A stretch of DNA of 64,000 nt from Paraphysomonas bandaiensis (taxonomy: Eukaryota > Protista > Chrysophyceae). Numbering within the stretch: the stretch's first letter is position 1; each line of letters opens with the position of its first letter. The notes under the pieces were generated by a model that had not been told where the DNA came from, searched no databases, and worked only from the letters and a program-made list of their open reading frames with translations. The DNA lies in contig CBFFRP010000645.1 of NCBI GenBank assembly GCA_965644295.1, positions 62,001-126,000 on the forward strand. The letters are read 5' to 3'. The position numbers and the translations under genes were made by a program. Shown piece after piece: positions 1 to 12,100 of this stretch.

Positions 1-3000
1 AATGGACCAGTGTGATCAGAAGTATGTTCCCATACAAGTGCATTTCCGCTATGTGTATCAATGTCAACTTTGACAGAATACGTATAGGTCTTCACACAAG
101 GATAAGATATATTATCCAGGCATTTTCCATAGAAACCATTATCAGACACGTAAATAGTGAGTACATCAGAATCACCATTGACGTCATTGCTATATATCTT
201 CGCAGACCTCAACGCTTTCGTTAATGCCTTCGGAGTTCCCCTAATACTCAGTCTGTGCGGAGTATCAACAACGAGACGCTGACACCCGCTCCGGGCAAGG
301 CCTGCAGATGATATATCTACATTTATCCCACTAGCAGAATCTATCCACAAGTCCAGATAGCCGATATCCAACATAGAAAGCGAAAAGTCTGTATCGCTGA
401 CGACAAATTCCGATAGAGGATTCACACTGGACGTTTGAATGCGTGCAGGACCACTGATGGAAGGTGCATCGTTCACCCAATCAATTGACACGCGCAGTGT
501 TGACTGAACTGCAGCATTGCTCTTATCAGACACATATACAGTGACTTCCTCTAATTCCACCACCTGCGCCCATTTGTTTCTTTGGCGTTCTTGATGAAGA
601 TACAATTCAATAGCAGATTCCGCTACATATGGCATATCCCACACATCGGACCAAACACCATAAAAGTTAGTCCTCGATTGATAGGACAATGAGGGTAAAA
701 AAGCAGCAAGTACGCCCGGGTCTCTTGAAGTCACAGATAAACATGATGCATTTGAAACAGTGATGTCGATTCCAAGCGGTATATCAGTTGGAAGTATAAT
801 ATATCCATATTGGGCACTTAGGGTGACACTAAGAGCGCGCAATCTCTCACGGCTAGTCTCCGACAACATGAACTCCGGGAATGCACATAACCCACCTTCT
901 ATGCAATAAAGATGAGACTCCGAAAAGTGCAGCATAGATATGTCTTTAGCCTCTTCAATGAAAAAAGATACTGTATCTGTAGTATACTCCACAGGCCCTA
1001 TACCACAAGGACCATCATCGCGAACTCGCATAGTTAATTCCACAGGTCCAGTGTAAAACTGAGACGAAACTACGCTAATGAGAAAATGCATATCTAGATC
1101 ACTATCTGATACACATCTCATCACAAACCCATCGCGATCCACAGACCGGCAAAGTGTAGAATTAACAATGACGAAATCAAAATTTGCATCAGTCTCTGTT
1201 ACGATGTCAATTATTTCGAATTCAAATGCTGTCGTTAGAGAGCAGGAACTCGTAGTTGTGTCCTCGCCATTAACAATTACTCTCATAAAACAGTCATTAT
1301 CCTCGACACAATAGCCATCACCATCATTTATGGATAACCTCAAGGTTGGGGGATCATTGACTTCGTGAAAAACAAAGGCAACCTGCGCTGAGTTCTGATT
1401 AGCGGTTGGGATCTCCGTCCCAACGGCGCTAATGATAGTGGCAGTGATATATGATACGCCACTAAAGTGCAATGATGGTTGAATAGTTATACCCGAGAAC
1501 GCTGTGACTAAGTCGAGAGATGTACCGGTCATATCCAATACCTCTTTCCCATTTTCTGATGTCGCCAATCTAATTCTCACACTATCAGGATTGGGTATAT
1601 TGGAGGTATTAAGCATTACCATATCATTCGTTTCTGAAGACAATACTCGAACAGTGACAAGAGAATTTACCCCCCAAGGCAGGTTTTTGAACTCAACAGA
1701 AGGCAGAGAAACAGATGCACCCTCCAGGGTAGTTATTACACGTTCTTCAAAAGCGAGATGCGGACTCAATTTAGTATCACTTGTCACAGAAATAGGAAAT
1801 ACACGATAATCGCTTGTATTATAAGTGTCATGTACAGTAGAAACCAAATAGTCTTCTCCAGTCCAGCTCAATGAACCAGCAATATAATCAGAAGTCGGTG
1901 CAGTGTACAAAGACCTCAAAAAGGCATGGTTAACTGCAGCAACGGTGCCCTTGAACTTCAGTCGCTTGGGTGCCAGCTCAATTATATCGCTGGTGCTGAT
2001 ACCAGAAATTACAAATGTACCGTGCTCTACCTCAAGAGCAACTGTCACTAAACCAGAGTCGTTGTCAGCATCTGAGAGAGACAAACTGCCTAAGCTTGTA
2101 GATTTTCCGGTAAATAATTCTCCGATTGAGCCGTGAAAAACAGGACCGTCATTAACTGGAGAGATGACAATAGAGAAGTTTTGGGACGTGTGTTGGACAC
2201 CATTAGAAACATAGAGAGATGCACGCACAGTACCAATCGTGAGAATGTTTTCGTCCTTCGGGCATACATAAGCTATACGTGATAATATAGAGGTGATTTC
2301 TTCCGCAGTCCCATTGAATGACACTGACGGACCCTCCAGAGAACCGTACCTCAGTAACCCGTCCGATACCATGACTGTCGAGGTGAGAACATGCATATCA
2401 ACGTCTCTGACCAATACATTGAAAATATCTGTCACACTGTCTTCATTGACATAGAGTCTAGTTCCAGTCAAGGCGGTTATTTCGGGCACAACATCAGCTT
2501 CCGGTACAGCGACATCGACAGAAACAGTGTGAAATAACGACGGCTCATCCGCATCTTCAACTCTGAGAACTACGGTATCGAGTCCACCCCATGCAGTTGG
2601 GGTATAATAGCGCACTAAACCCAGAGCATCATTGACAACATGGATAGGGGCAACAAACCACAAACTACAACCATCCACATCGTCGCAGTGATTCTCTAGC
2701 TGGCCAATATTTAGCATGTCACTGGCAGCAGTGGATATATTCAAAATTCCGTACTTCGACTGTAATCGAACCCTGACTGCATTTGATGAATACGACAAGC
2801 CTCTATCGTGGACGTCAACATCGTCCACTACACATGACGCGACTACAGCACGGTCCTCAGTACCTAATTTAAAATCAGACTGAAGACAAGTTACAACTGG
2901 AGGGTCATTCACTGGAGAAATGTAGATATCAAACGCGTGATTCACTGAAGAGCTCCTGACATCACATGACACCCCACTAGCTTGACAGGTAGTCAGATCA

Positions 3001-6000
3001 ACTACACTTTCTGGAACCAAAACAGTGACAACGATTTCGCCACTGGGTGCCACATCCGAATTAACATTAGAAAGAGGAACAACAGAAACATTTTCGAATA
3101 CTTTAACAATGTGGGCACACTCCGCCTCAACAGATGCGACTGCCTCTGTTATCAGTACAGACCAATCAAGAGAACTATAGTCGATAACGACATCAACAAA
3201 ATCGCGGGGCCAAGTTATTTTAACCGAACATAGTGCACTTTTGAGAGCGGAATCAAAAGAAAAGTTGAGACGAGGAAATGCAGAAACTTTGTCTTCAGTC
3301 ATTATCAAAACTGAAATGCCGTTCAAAAGTGGCTCTGCTGTCACTCCATTGATGAATACGCGAGTTGATGACGTGCTTACGGGCACATAATCTGCATTGT
3401 CGTCCAAAAACAAGGTAAATTGAATGCTGTCCTCAGCATCCACAGGAGACAAAGGAACGTATGAAATATACTGTAAGCCCGATCGCAAATTCTTTAAATT
3501 TCCTTTCACTGATAGGACTGGAGTATTGATTTCTGAAAGGGATAGTCCAAGCTTCGCCATATTTTTCAAATCACAATCCCATCTGCATAATACACACCTC
3601 CCCTCCAGAACATACCACTCATTTCGCGAATCTGCGTCTTCAATTCGAAGACCCAGTGAAGAAGTTTTATTCTCTGATAACACGTGTAAGAAACCGGGAG
3701 ATGAAACAACAGCCTTATCATCCTGTTCAACTATTACAACCGTCAGGTTTCTAACGGTTACCAGTGGGGTACCTAGAGTATATTTCCCACTACTGGTGTG
3801 AGTAGAAACACCGGAATAATAACCCAAATCAGAAACAGAAACAACAATAGTTGCTACACCAGAGAAGTTAGGGTAAGGAATATACATCAGCGAGCTGAGT
3901 GCTCTATTAATAGCTGATGGAGTACCACTGACTGCAATCAACCTAGCTCTTTCCCCACTCACTCCCTTCTCCCACCTAATGTCACTACTCGTCATTGTAA
4001 GATACCCAGCATATGTATCCGTGGCTTCATTAGCAGACACCGTAAATAAGGTAAGCATCATGACTTCGTTGGACCCCCCCACCTCAAAGTCGACGTCAGA
4101 AACGGCTATTCCATTCACATTGGTTTCTACATCTTCCAGTGTAATTAAACGAGGTGGCAGGGTAATTACAGGAGCATCATTGACTGGGTACACCACCACT
4201 CGTATAGTTACAGACTCTGCATACGACCCACTTGCGTCGTAGGCATCGATGACAATAGCATCTTCCCCGTTGGCATTCTGTAGAGGCATGTACAATATCC
4301 GCGATATCATATCATTGACAACGGTAACAGATCCTCGTATGTGAATGGAAGCGGTATCATCGTCTACCAACAAAACACTGTACGACTCAGGCACAACAAG
4401 AACCCCTCTATGAGCAGAAAGAGTAACATCTATCATGGAGTTGGTTTCATGGGCGTCAATGTCTGCGATAGCAATGACATTGCCAAGTGTAGACGAGCCG
4501 TCTTCTTCCAACTCGAGCAGAGTACCATTCAGGGTCAATATGCGAGGAGCATCGTTAACAGGCCGCAGATAAAACTCCATTGTTTTCGATGTCTGTTCTG
4601 AGAGTCCAATATTTGATTTAATATCATACTCTTCCACAGAAATAGTCACCGATGGGGTGGTCAGCCAATTGGTGTTGACATCAGCCAGCGGATAAAAAAG
4701 GAAACCCGATTCGAAGTACTTCAGCATGGTGGCTACTGACCCAACAATAGTTATATTCTGATTGTAGGTATTGTAGGTGTTAGTAGGGATAGTGCGTAAA
4801 TCGAGTTTTAGGGTTGATAAGTCGGCTGTGTACTTTAATAGGCCTAGGTGAGCAGTCACTTGAACTCTCAGCAGCGCCCCTGGAAGAGGATCCTTAACAA
4901 AAAAATTGACCCTCTCAATCACGATAGGTACATCTTCCCAGCCCCACTGAGACGAAGGAAAGCCTTGTATAAGCGGTGCCATGGCGTCCCGTACCACATT
5001 CAAAGTTATAGCACAGGTGCTGCTTGCCTCAACCGAACTCGAGGTATCGATAATTAGGAAATCCTGGTTGATTTGTGGAGGAGCAGTGTACTCAACCCGC
5101 GCCAGAGCGTAATTAACAGCGTTAAGTGGACCACTGAGCGTTATCACTGACACTGGACTATATTCCCGGTATATTACGTCAACAGTTAACGAGTGCGGTA
5201 AAACGTCAGCATGAGTCACAGAGAGGTTGCCACTGTTCGTCTGTAAGCTGACGGAGACATAAACCATCTGATTTTCGGCCAAAACTTTAACTTTCGACAG
5301 CGGTGTTCCAAGCGAGAGACTGTGCAGAGCTAGCTTAGTGGTAGATTCATGAACTGTGATCGTGACAGCATTACTACCATCCTCATTGCATGAGACAGAA
5401 GGGATTACGGGCAACGGCTCCACGACACCCAGTACAATGGCATCATATCGTGCACCATTTGGGGCCTCAACGGTTACGGTAATTACGTCAATACCCCCCA
5501 TGTACTTGTTAAACCCATTAAGAGGAATATATGCTACGGTACTGAGCACAGAATTAATGTCCTCAATTGTACCTTCAATTAGACATGTGTTGTTTGTGCA
5601 CGTACCCACCGTCACCATACCATACTTTACTTGCAGTGATAATGAGACAACAACACCCTTTTCTAGTACCGAATCTGAATCATGAAATACAGCACTCCAA
5701 GATGTGTATGAGTCTTGATCACACCATATGCGGTTAGGAGATTCAATATACGGGGATTCTTTTGCTTCTTCCATATGAATGAGAATAGTACCACTAACAG
5801 TATCATTTAGTGTTACTTTAACACCATTTTTTATATAATAACTTTCAGCAGTAATACTAATTTCATCATAGTTACTATTCTCATCATTTCCTATATATGT
5901 CACATATGATAATGCCTGTTGTATAGATGGAAGTGTCCCTGATATGAATAATGTGCTATCTCCTAATATATTACCATTCAAATACTTAATATTTATATCA

Positions 6001-6293
6001 TCAGATAAGTGTATATATCCATAAGATATATTAATATGTACCCTTACTTGATAATTGTGATAATGTATAGAATGATTATATGTATCTATATGAATAGAAT
6101 TAATAATACAATGTTGTTGTTTATGATATTGAACTTCTTTATATATTTCATTTTTTAATTGAACTTCATATTGAACTTCATGAAATACTTCATTTTTACA
6201 TTGTATATTGGAGGGTATGGATAATTGTAACTGAGCTGTAACAGTACTATATATTGTGAATGTAATGAGATAGAATAGAAGTATATGATGCAT
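1..6293 (-). CDS. Large secreted/surface protein with tandem cadherin-like (VNDxP) beta-sandwich repeats; 3' end lies outside the window
   Basis: ATG at 6293 begins MHHILLFYLITFTIYSTVTAQ (signal-peptide-like). The same frame is open where spot-checked, including the left edge (...KVDIDTHSGNALVWEHTSDHTGP). The ORF track lists no minus-strand ORF here, as expected for an ORF with no stop inside the window. VND[A/P/G]P motifs occur near 470, 1355, 2150, 2905, 4180 and 4555. Confidence 0.8.
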   Translation of the reverse strand, partial: MHHILLFYLITFTIYSTVTAQLQLSIPSNIQCKNEVFHEVQYEVQLKNEIYKEVQYHKQQHCIINSIHIDTYNHSIHYHNYQVRVHINISYGYIHLSDDINIKYLNGNILGDSTLFISGTLPSIQQALSYVTYIGNDENSNYDEISITAESYYIKNGVKVTLNDTVSGTILIHMEEAKESPYIESPNRIWCDQDSYTSWSAVFHDSDSVLEKGVVVSLSLQVKYGMVTVGTCTNNTCLIEGTIEDINSVLSTVAYIPLNGFNKYMGGIDVITVTVEAPNGARYDAIVLGVVEPLPVIPSVSCNEDGSNAVTITVHESTTKLALHSLSLGTPLSKVKVLAENQMVYVSVSLQTNSGNLSVTHADVLPHSLTVDVIYREYSPVSVITLSGPLNAVNYALARVEYTAPPQINQDFLIIDTSSSVEASSTCAITLNVVRDAMAPLIQGFPSSQWGWEDVPIVIERVNFFVKDPLPGALLRVQVTAHLGLLKYTADLSTLKLDLRTIPTNTYNTYNQNITIVGSVATMLKYFESGFLFYPLADVNTNWLTTPSVTISVEEYDIKSNIGLSEQTSKTMEFYLRPVNDAPRILTLNGTLLELEEDGSSTLGNVIAIADIDAHETNSMIDVTLSAHRGVLVVPESYSVLLVDDDTASIHIRGSVTVVNDMISRILYMPLQNANGEDAIVIDAYDASGSYAESVTIRVVVYPVNDAPVITLPPRLITLEDVETNVNGIAVSDVDFEVGGSNEVMMLTLFTVSANEATDTYAGYLTMTSSDIRWEKGVSGERARLIAVSGTPSAINRALSSLMYIPYPNFSGVATIVVSVSDLGYYSGVSTHTSSGKYTLGTPLVTVRNLTVVIVEQDDKAVVSSPGFLHVLSENKTSSLGLRIEDADSRNEWYVLEGRCVLCRWDCDLKNMAKLGLSLSEINTPVLSVKGNLKNLRSGLQYISYVPLSPVDAEDSIQFTLFLDDNADYVPVSTSSTRVFINGVTAEPLLNGISVLIMTEDKVSAFPRLNFSFDSALKSALCSVKITWPRDFVDVVIDYSSLDWSVLITEAVASVEAECAHIVKVFENVSVVPLSNVNSDVAPSGEIVVTVLVPESVVDLTTCQASGVSCDVRSSSVNHAFDIYISPVNDPPVVTCLQSDFKLGTEDRAVVASCVVDDVDVHDRGLSYSSNAVRVRLQSKYGILNISTAASDMLNIGQLENHCDDVDGCSLWFVAPIHVVNDALGLVRYYTPTAWGGLDTVVLRVEDADEPSLFHTVSVDVAVPEADVVPEITALTGTRLYVNEDSVTDIFNVLVRDVDMHVLTSTVMVSDGLLRYGSLEGPSVSFNGTAEEITSILSRIAYVCPKDENILTIGTVRASLYVSNGVQHTSQNFSIVISPVNDGPVFHGSIGELFTGKSTSLGSLSLSDADNDSGLVTVALEVEHGTFVISGISTSDIIELAPKRLKFKGTVAAVNHAFLRSLYTAPTSDYIAGSLSWTGEDYLVSTVHDTYNTSDYRVFPISVTSDTKLSPHLAFEERVITTLEGASVSLPSVEFKNLPWGVNSLVTVRVLSSETNDMVMLNTSNIPNPDSVRIRLATSENGKEVLDMTGTSLDLVTAFSGITIQPSLHFSGVSYITATIISAVGTEIPTANQNSAQVAFVFHEVNDPPTLRLSINDGDGYCVEDNDCFMRVIVNGEDTTTSSCSLTTAFEFEIIDIVTETDANFDFVIVNSTLCRSVDRDGFVMRCVSDSDLDMHFLISVVSSQFYTGPVELTMRVRDDGPCGIGPVEYTTDTVSFFIEEAKDISMLHFSESHLYCIEGGLCAFPEFMLSETSRERLRALSVTLSAQYGYIILPTDIPLGIDITVSNASCLSVTSRDPGVLAAFLPSLSYQSRTNFYGVWSDVWDMPYVAESAIELYLHQERQRNKWAQVVELEEVTVYVSDKSNAAVQSTLRVSIDWVNDAPSISGPARIQTSSVNPLSEFVVSDTDFSLSMLDIGYLDLWIDSASGINVDISSAGLARSGCQRLVVDTPHRLSIRGTPKALTKALRSAKIYSNDVNGDSDVLTIYVSDNGFYGKCLDNISYPCVKTYTYSVKVDIDTHSGNALVWEHTSDHTGP

Positions 6294-6904
6294 TAGAAAA
6301 AATATTTTTTCTATTCAATTTCGTTAATTCATGATATGATAGATGTTGATAATGATTGATTTGAATTATGTTTAAATGAAGTGTGTTCTATATGCAGGAG
6401 TTATAAATATGGAGAGATGCAACTGGTTTATAGGTACGTATAGTTCTATATACAGTCTACTCTATAGACCGAGCAGTTGTGGTACAAACTGAACTAAACT
6501 GCTGTACAAGTAACGTAGCAACGTAATTATTATACATACGATAATCTCTATATATTAATATTCTACGTATTTTTCCATATAATACAGTTTCCTTTCATAT
6601 CCCATTCTATAAATCCAGAGATTTATACATAAAACCTTTCGATTTTATATAAAAATACTTCCTCTCTGCAAAATATATGGGATTTCCCTATAAAAATACA
6701 TATAGAATTGGCAGTTACGGTAGAGTCCAGTGTACATACATACATACGCACTGCTATATATATACATCTATCAGCACTTCAATGCAGAGCACTCAACTAA
6801 ACATATACACATATATCCATCAAACAACTTATATATATAAGTATAAGCATCATATCCTCTCTCTATATGCAAGATATCATCTCTCTATAACATAATACAC
6901 TATA

Positions 6905-8583
6905 ATGGGAGGTGCATCAGGCAGACAATACATTATTGAAGAACAACTCAAACCCAGGTACATATTCCTCACTCTCTCTCTATGTATATCTCACATTATA
7001 CATACAGTGATGTCTCTGATATACCAGATGGTGATTGGGAAGCTGCTAAAAAAGAAGTGGAAAGATTACGTAATTTAATATGTCAAGTATGTTAACTGTT
7101 TCTTATAGTACACTCCTGTATATAGCAGTATATTCATTATATAACAGTTAAACTGTAGGTTGATTGTAATATGTTGGATGAAATTGAAGAAGTTGAAGCA
7201 ATCAAATCAAAACCTAAACAAGAATTACATTTAGGTATAATGTTTTCAATATTAAATTTGATATGAAATGATAATTATGATATATAGAATCAACACCAGC
7301 AGCTGCAAGTGCTGCTGATTCAACATTTGGTGATGAAGAAGATTGTATTATTGCACCTCCTGTATCTGCTACGCTTAGTAAACAAGAATCAAATGACGTA
7401 TACAACATTTTATTTTGTTTTTTGTATTTAACTAATATGATATTCTTCAGGTCAGTCGTATGATGAATCTTCTTTCAGAAGTGAAGTCGAAAATCTACGA
7501 GGTACAAACTACATACACATATTACCCCCAACTTGCTAAAAGTAATTCAGAAAACTACAAATCTGAAGGCTGCGTTTGCACGTATGGATTCTGATTGGTC
7601 TGGGTACATCAGGTATGGATACGCTTTGTGGTTTGCAATGGTAAGTATTGGTATAGTCGTGAGGAGTTCAGAGAGACAATGAGCACGTTGGGTCTAGATA
7701 TAACTGACGAAGAGTTTGACCTTGTAAACAAGACATACCCACACAAAGAGGGTGTGGGAGAGGTGGACAAAGGCATTGGGTACTTAGAGTTTGTCAGCAT
7801 GCTCACGGGGAAGCTGACATATGTTCCTGGGGCAGGTATAGAAGTGCTTACACTCTTCTATACGTTTTATGCTACCCATTTTCAAGTGCATCTATATCTC
7901 GTGAATGTAGCGCTGTTTGTTTTATTAGATCCTCATTTTATGTTCTGCATCATCGTTAATTGGCCTGTGAACGATTCAGGTGAAGAAGATGAAGGCGATG
8001 ACTTATTCCGCGTGATTATGAAAGATGAAAAGGAACAGAAACCTCCAGCCGTTCCTGAAAATGGAGAAGCCATAGGAAGTTCAACCTCAGAAACAACCCA
8101 GTTGTGGGGAGATTACAGTGAAGCAAAAGTTAGTTTTGAATCTGTTCGTGGCTATTACTGACATAAGAGTCTTCTAGGCGAAGAGGGTCCGCGAGAAGGA
8201 GTTGCAGAAAATGTTCAACAAACGAGTATTTGATACATTTTACAATATGAAGGAGGCTTTTCACAACGTATATTGCAATTGAACTTTCTATGATGTATCT
8301 AATTTATCGACGTCTTAATAGGCTGATACGGATGGGTCTGGCTTTATCGAGAAGGAAGAGCTGAAAGCTGTATTGAAAGATACCATGAACATTGCTGCAA
8401 GTAGGAATGATAATACTACACGAGTGATAGCCTGCAATGCAGTTTTTGTACCATCTTATGTGTTTCACGCTTATGTTTTTGTTTGCAGGCGACGAAGAAG
8501 TCACGTTGCTCATTCAAGAATTTGACACGAATAAGGATGGAAAGCTTGCATATAATGAATTTGTAAAGTGTCTTCAAGTATGA
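6905..8583 (+). CDS. Multi-exon EF-hand calcium-binding protein with N-myristoylation motif
   Basis: Starts MGGASGRQ. Spliced KPSDVSDIPDGDWEAAKKEVERLR. EF loops include ADTDGSGFIEKEEL and DTNKDGKLAYNEF. GT-AG introns, e.g. 6958-7007. TGA at 8581-8583. Confidence 0.8.
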
Positions 8584-9133
8584 TGAATCCCTGATATCTC
8601 ATGCTTTAGTCATACTACTCATAATAATATTATATTATATCAATAACCTTCTCTCAGTACGAAGCTATCAGAGTTTTTAAAAGAACTTTTTCGAAATCAC
8701 GTGAACCAATCGTTATGTACATTAAGGAGTGTATTGCGTAGGCATAGGCACACATTTCTAAACTGAAACCATTTCATAATAGAGTGTGATGTGCAGTTAT
8801 TAGATGTGGGGTACTAGGTTTAGCGTCAATATTGTGGATGATGTGTACCAATTCACATTAGGCATGATATGTTGATGTTAATGTCAATATGGGATAGTTT
8901 AATAATACTTTGCTACCATGTAATAGTACCCCACCACTTCTTTAATTAACATGAAACTTATATATCGAATTGATGTTTAATATTACCAGAATCTTTCGGA
9001 ACTATAAAGATTGATTACTACTGACCGCTGAGGAATCTATGCTCTTATATCGGAAGTACTTTTCGTTTCTAAAGCTACTTATCGCTAGAAAATTCTTCAT
9101 GGTCATACACCTTTCTAATATAGTTAGTGAAGA

Positions 9134-12100
9134 CTACATAGGCGGAGGCGGGAAGGGTGAGTGTTGTCCGGGAGGCGGAGGCATTCCGTGTCCTCCAGCG
9201 GGAGATGTATTGGACGGTCCACCTTCAGCTGGTGGGGCGCCGCCAGAAGTACTTGTTCCTTGAGGAGAGGGAGTTGGGACAGGAGGGGTCCACACTTTCG
9301 GCGGGGCTTGTGCGGGTGGTCTGTTTCCTCCACTGGAGGGGGCGGGCTGAGCAGGTATTCTCACTGGTGGTGGAGCCATAAGTGAAGCCAGCGGGTCAGA
9401 GTTCGACGTTGCAGCTGCAGGGGCACCGTATGTCCTGGACGGAGGCGCCATTAGCGCTGCGAGTGGATCGTAGCCTCCACCTGAATCACTACTATCAGGA
9501 GCACCTAAACACACGAAAGCCGAATAAGTCATGCGATGAAAGCAATTCGTACGTAGTATCACCTGATGGAGGTGCAGGAGCTGCGGGTGCAGGAGCCATG
9601 ATCGGGGGTGGGGCATCTGCGGGATTCTTGTTTGCGTCTGGATTATTCTCATCCTGGTAAACTACATCAGACTATGTGGTAAGAAACACGCTTATCACCA
9701 TACCTCTGGAAATATCCACTTCCCCGTTGCCTTGTCATACACTGCATCCAAGCCTTGCCCCATATTTTCAGTCGTATCATGAGCATCCGGATATAACCAA
9801 CTCAGTAGTCCCTTTCGCACCTATGGAGAAAGGCATACTTGTCATCATACACAACTCTATACTAGAGGCAAAGTTGTCATCACGCACATTAGTGAGAACA
9901 TTTTTCCCTTCTGGATCAGATTTCTTGCCAGATGGGGAGCCCCCTGTAGCTGATTTCTTGGTGGTATTTGAGTCGAGGCTTGACTGCCGCTTATGAGACA
10001 GCTGCGCAGGGGCAGATTCAGGGGCACTCCGATGATCAGCAGGTTGACTACCAAACTGAGACATTCCACCTTCATTCGTTGACAGCGGTGGTTTGCCTGC
10101 AGAAAATTCGAATCAGTTAAAATGATCTGTTGATTTAACAAATACCGTCTAAAAAACCTGGCGAGTCAAGATTGCCTGTGGAATTACTGCTTTTAAGTCC
10201 ACCCACTGTATTCCCACCGAGACTACCCTGTGGGGGAGGGGCCATGGACCCTGCACCTGAAACAGGCGGGGAATAGTGTGACACCCCTAGTGGAGGCGCT
10301 TGTTGCACAGTGCTGGGCGGCTTTTCCAGCAGTGTAGACCCTCGGTCGCTAGGTCTGTCTTGCTGTCCACTTGCACTTCCATCTACCAGATCCTTAAGAT
10401 TAGGTGAACTAAATATGCTCCACACATTCTTCCATCCCGAAGTGGATGCACCATCTTGGTTGGACGATTCTGCCGCTGCACTTGCCTTCTGTATTGACAC
10501 AACTCCGTCTACGTAATCACTTTTAGGATACCGCAACAATGTCACTTTATAACATTTACCTCCTCCCCTTCCACCCGACAATCTATCAATGAGTTCATCC
10601 AGCATATGCACAAAACCCTTACTGAACCCAGGAGAGGGCTTGGCACCCCCTGATTGGTCACTCTGCTTTGACCCACTTGGAGGGGGACGACCTTTAGATT
10701 GCTTTCCTTCCCCAGCACTAGATGCGCTCAGCTGCACCAATGACTTCGCTTCCATCGCGTAACCAATGGCAGACTCTGTCAATCCCATATCTGCAAGGGC
10801 AATGGCTAAACGGACCTTGTACGGGCAAAAGGCGATGCGACACTTCAGCAAAGTCTCTTGTGACACTTTCAACAAAGACGATTTCGCATCACCTGCTGCA
10901 GCCGCAGCAGTATTACCACTGTTTTTGTCAGATGAGCCTAGTCCAAACATACTAGACAGTGCTGCTCCTGTCGAGGCAGAATTTTCGGAGCCAGAACCTG
11001 ACTCCACCCCACTCATCAAACACCACTCAAATATTTCTGTCATACGAATTGCTAGCATGCATCGAACATCCAACGCGGATTTCTTGCTCGCACTGGAAGG
11101 TGGTTTGTTGGCCGCGCCGGATGATGTTTCCTCAGCAAAACCTATCAGTGATATTTTTCCTCTGCCGTACAGAGAGCCACCCGATAAATATGCCACATGA
11201 GCTGCCATCACATCCTGCGTGTACATAAATCACTGTGCATATGACATCAAACGCACATATCGCGGGACCTACCCCTGATTCCTGTAAAATTCTATCCCCA
11301 ATATGTCTGACAAGTTGGCTCCAATCGCCAACTTTATTCGACAGCACAGCCGATAAGTTCCGCTTCCACAGGGATGAAGTGTCTTGGCCTGATGGTCCCT
11401 GACTTGGCGAGCTGGCAACAAAGGCTTTGCCGCCATGTTTCAGCGTCCCTTCAGCCTGGTTGGAATATATCAGAGATAGCAGATTCAAGCCGGACTGCTT
11501 CGGGAAGTGTTTATCAGCGTAAGCCCTTATAACAGCCTGATATGTGCTCTTGCCACAGACGCTACTAATAATGATGGCCAATGGCCAGTCTTCTGCATCT
11601 GTGGCGACATCAACAGCTTCACTGCGCCTTCCAGATAGAAGTAGACTTTCTATTCTCGCATATGTTTTCGCAAGCTCAGCTTGCCTGGTTTCGTCATTCG
11701 CAGCCGAGCGGCTCTGTTGTGCCGCGATGTGATTCATAAACTGTTGTAGTATAATTGCGTCATTTTCACCGGATGGGTCTATCTTTGCCTTTTCTCCCAA
11801 TAGAAGCTCGACAATTTTGAACTCCGGTGAATGAGTACCAGATGCAGCAGAATTAGAAAGGTCAGACATGGCCTGCAATGGCAATATAGTAAGAGTATTA
11901 CCGTCAAGGTTGCATGCAGTCGCGTTGAGCGTAATTAGCTACGAGTACTTACCGATCCCTTGAATTCCATCAAAATTAACAGAAGTTCCCATAACAATCT
12001 CTCCGACTCTGCAAAAGAGTGTGTACGTACCCCTAGATTTCTCCCCACCGCAGAAAAAGGGTTTTCAATTCGACTTTTTACAAAGTCAACAATATCATTT

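Noticed and set aside
12-5685. Many short plus-strand ORFs
   Set aside because: Antisense shadows of the long minus-strand cadherin-like gene.
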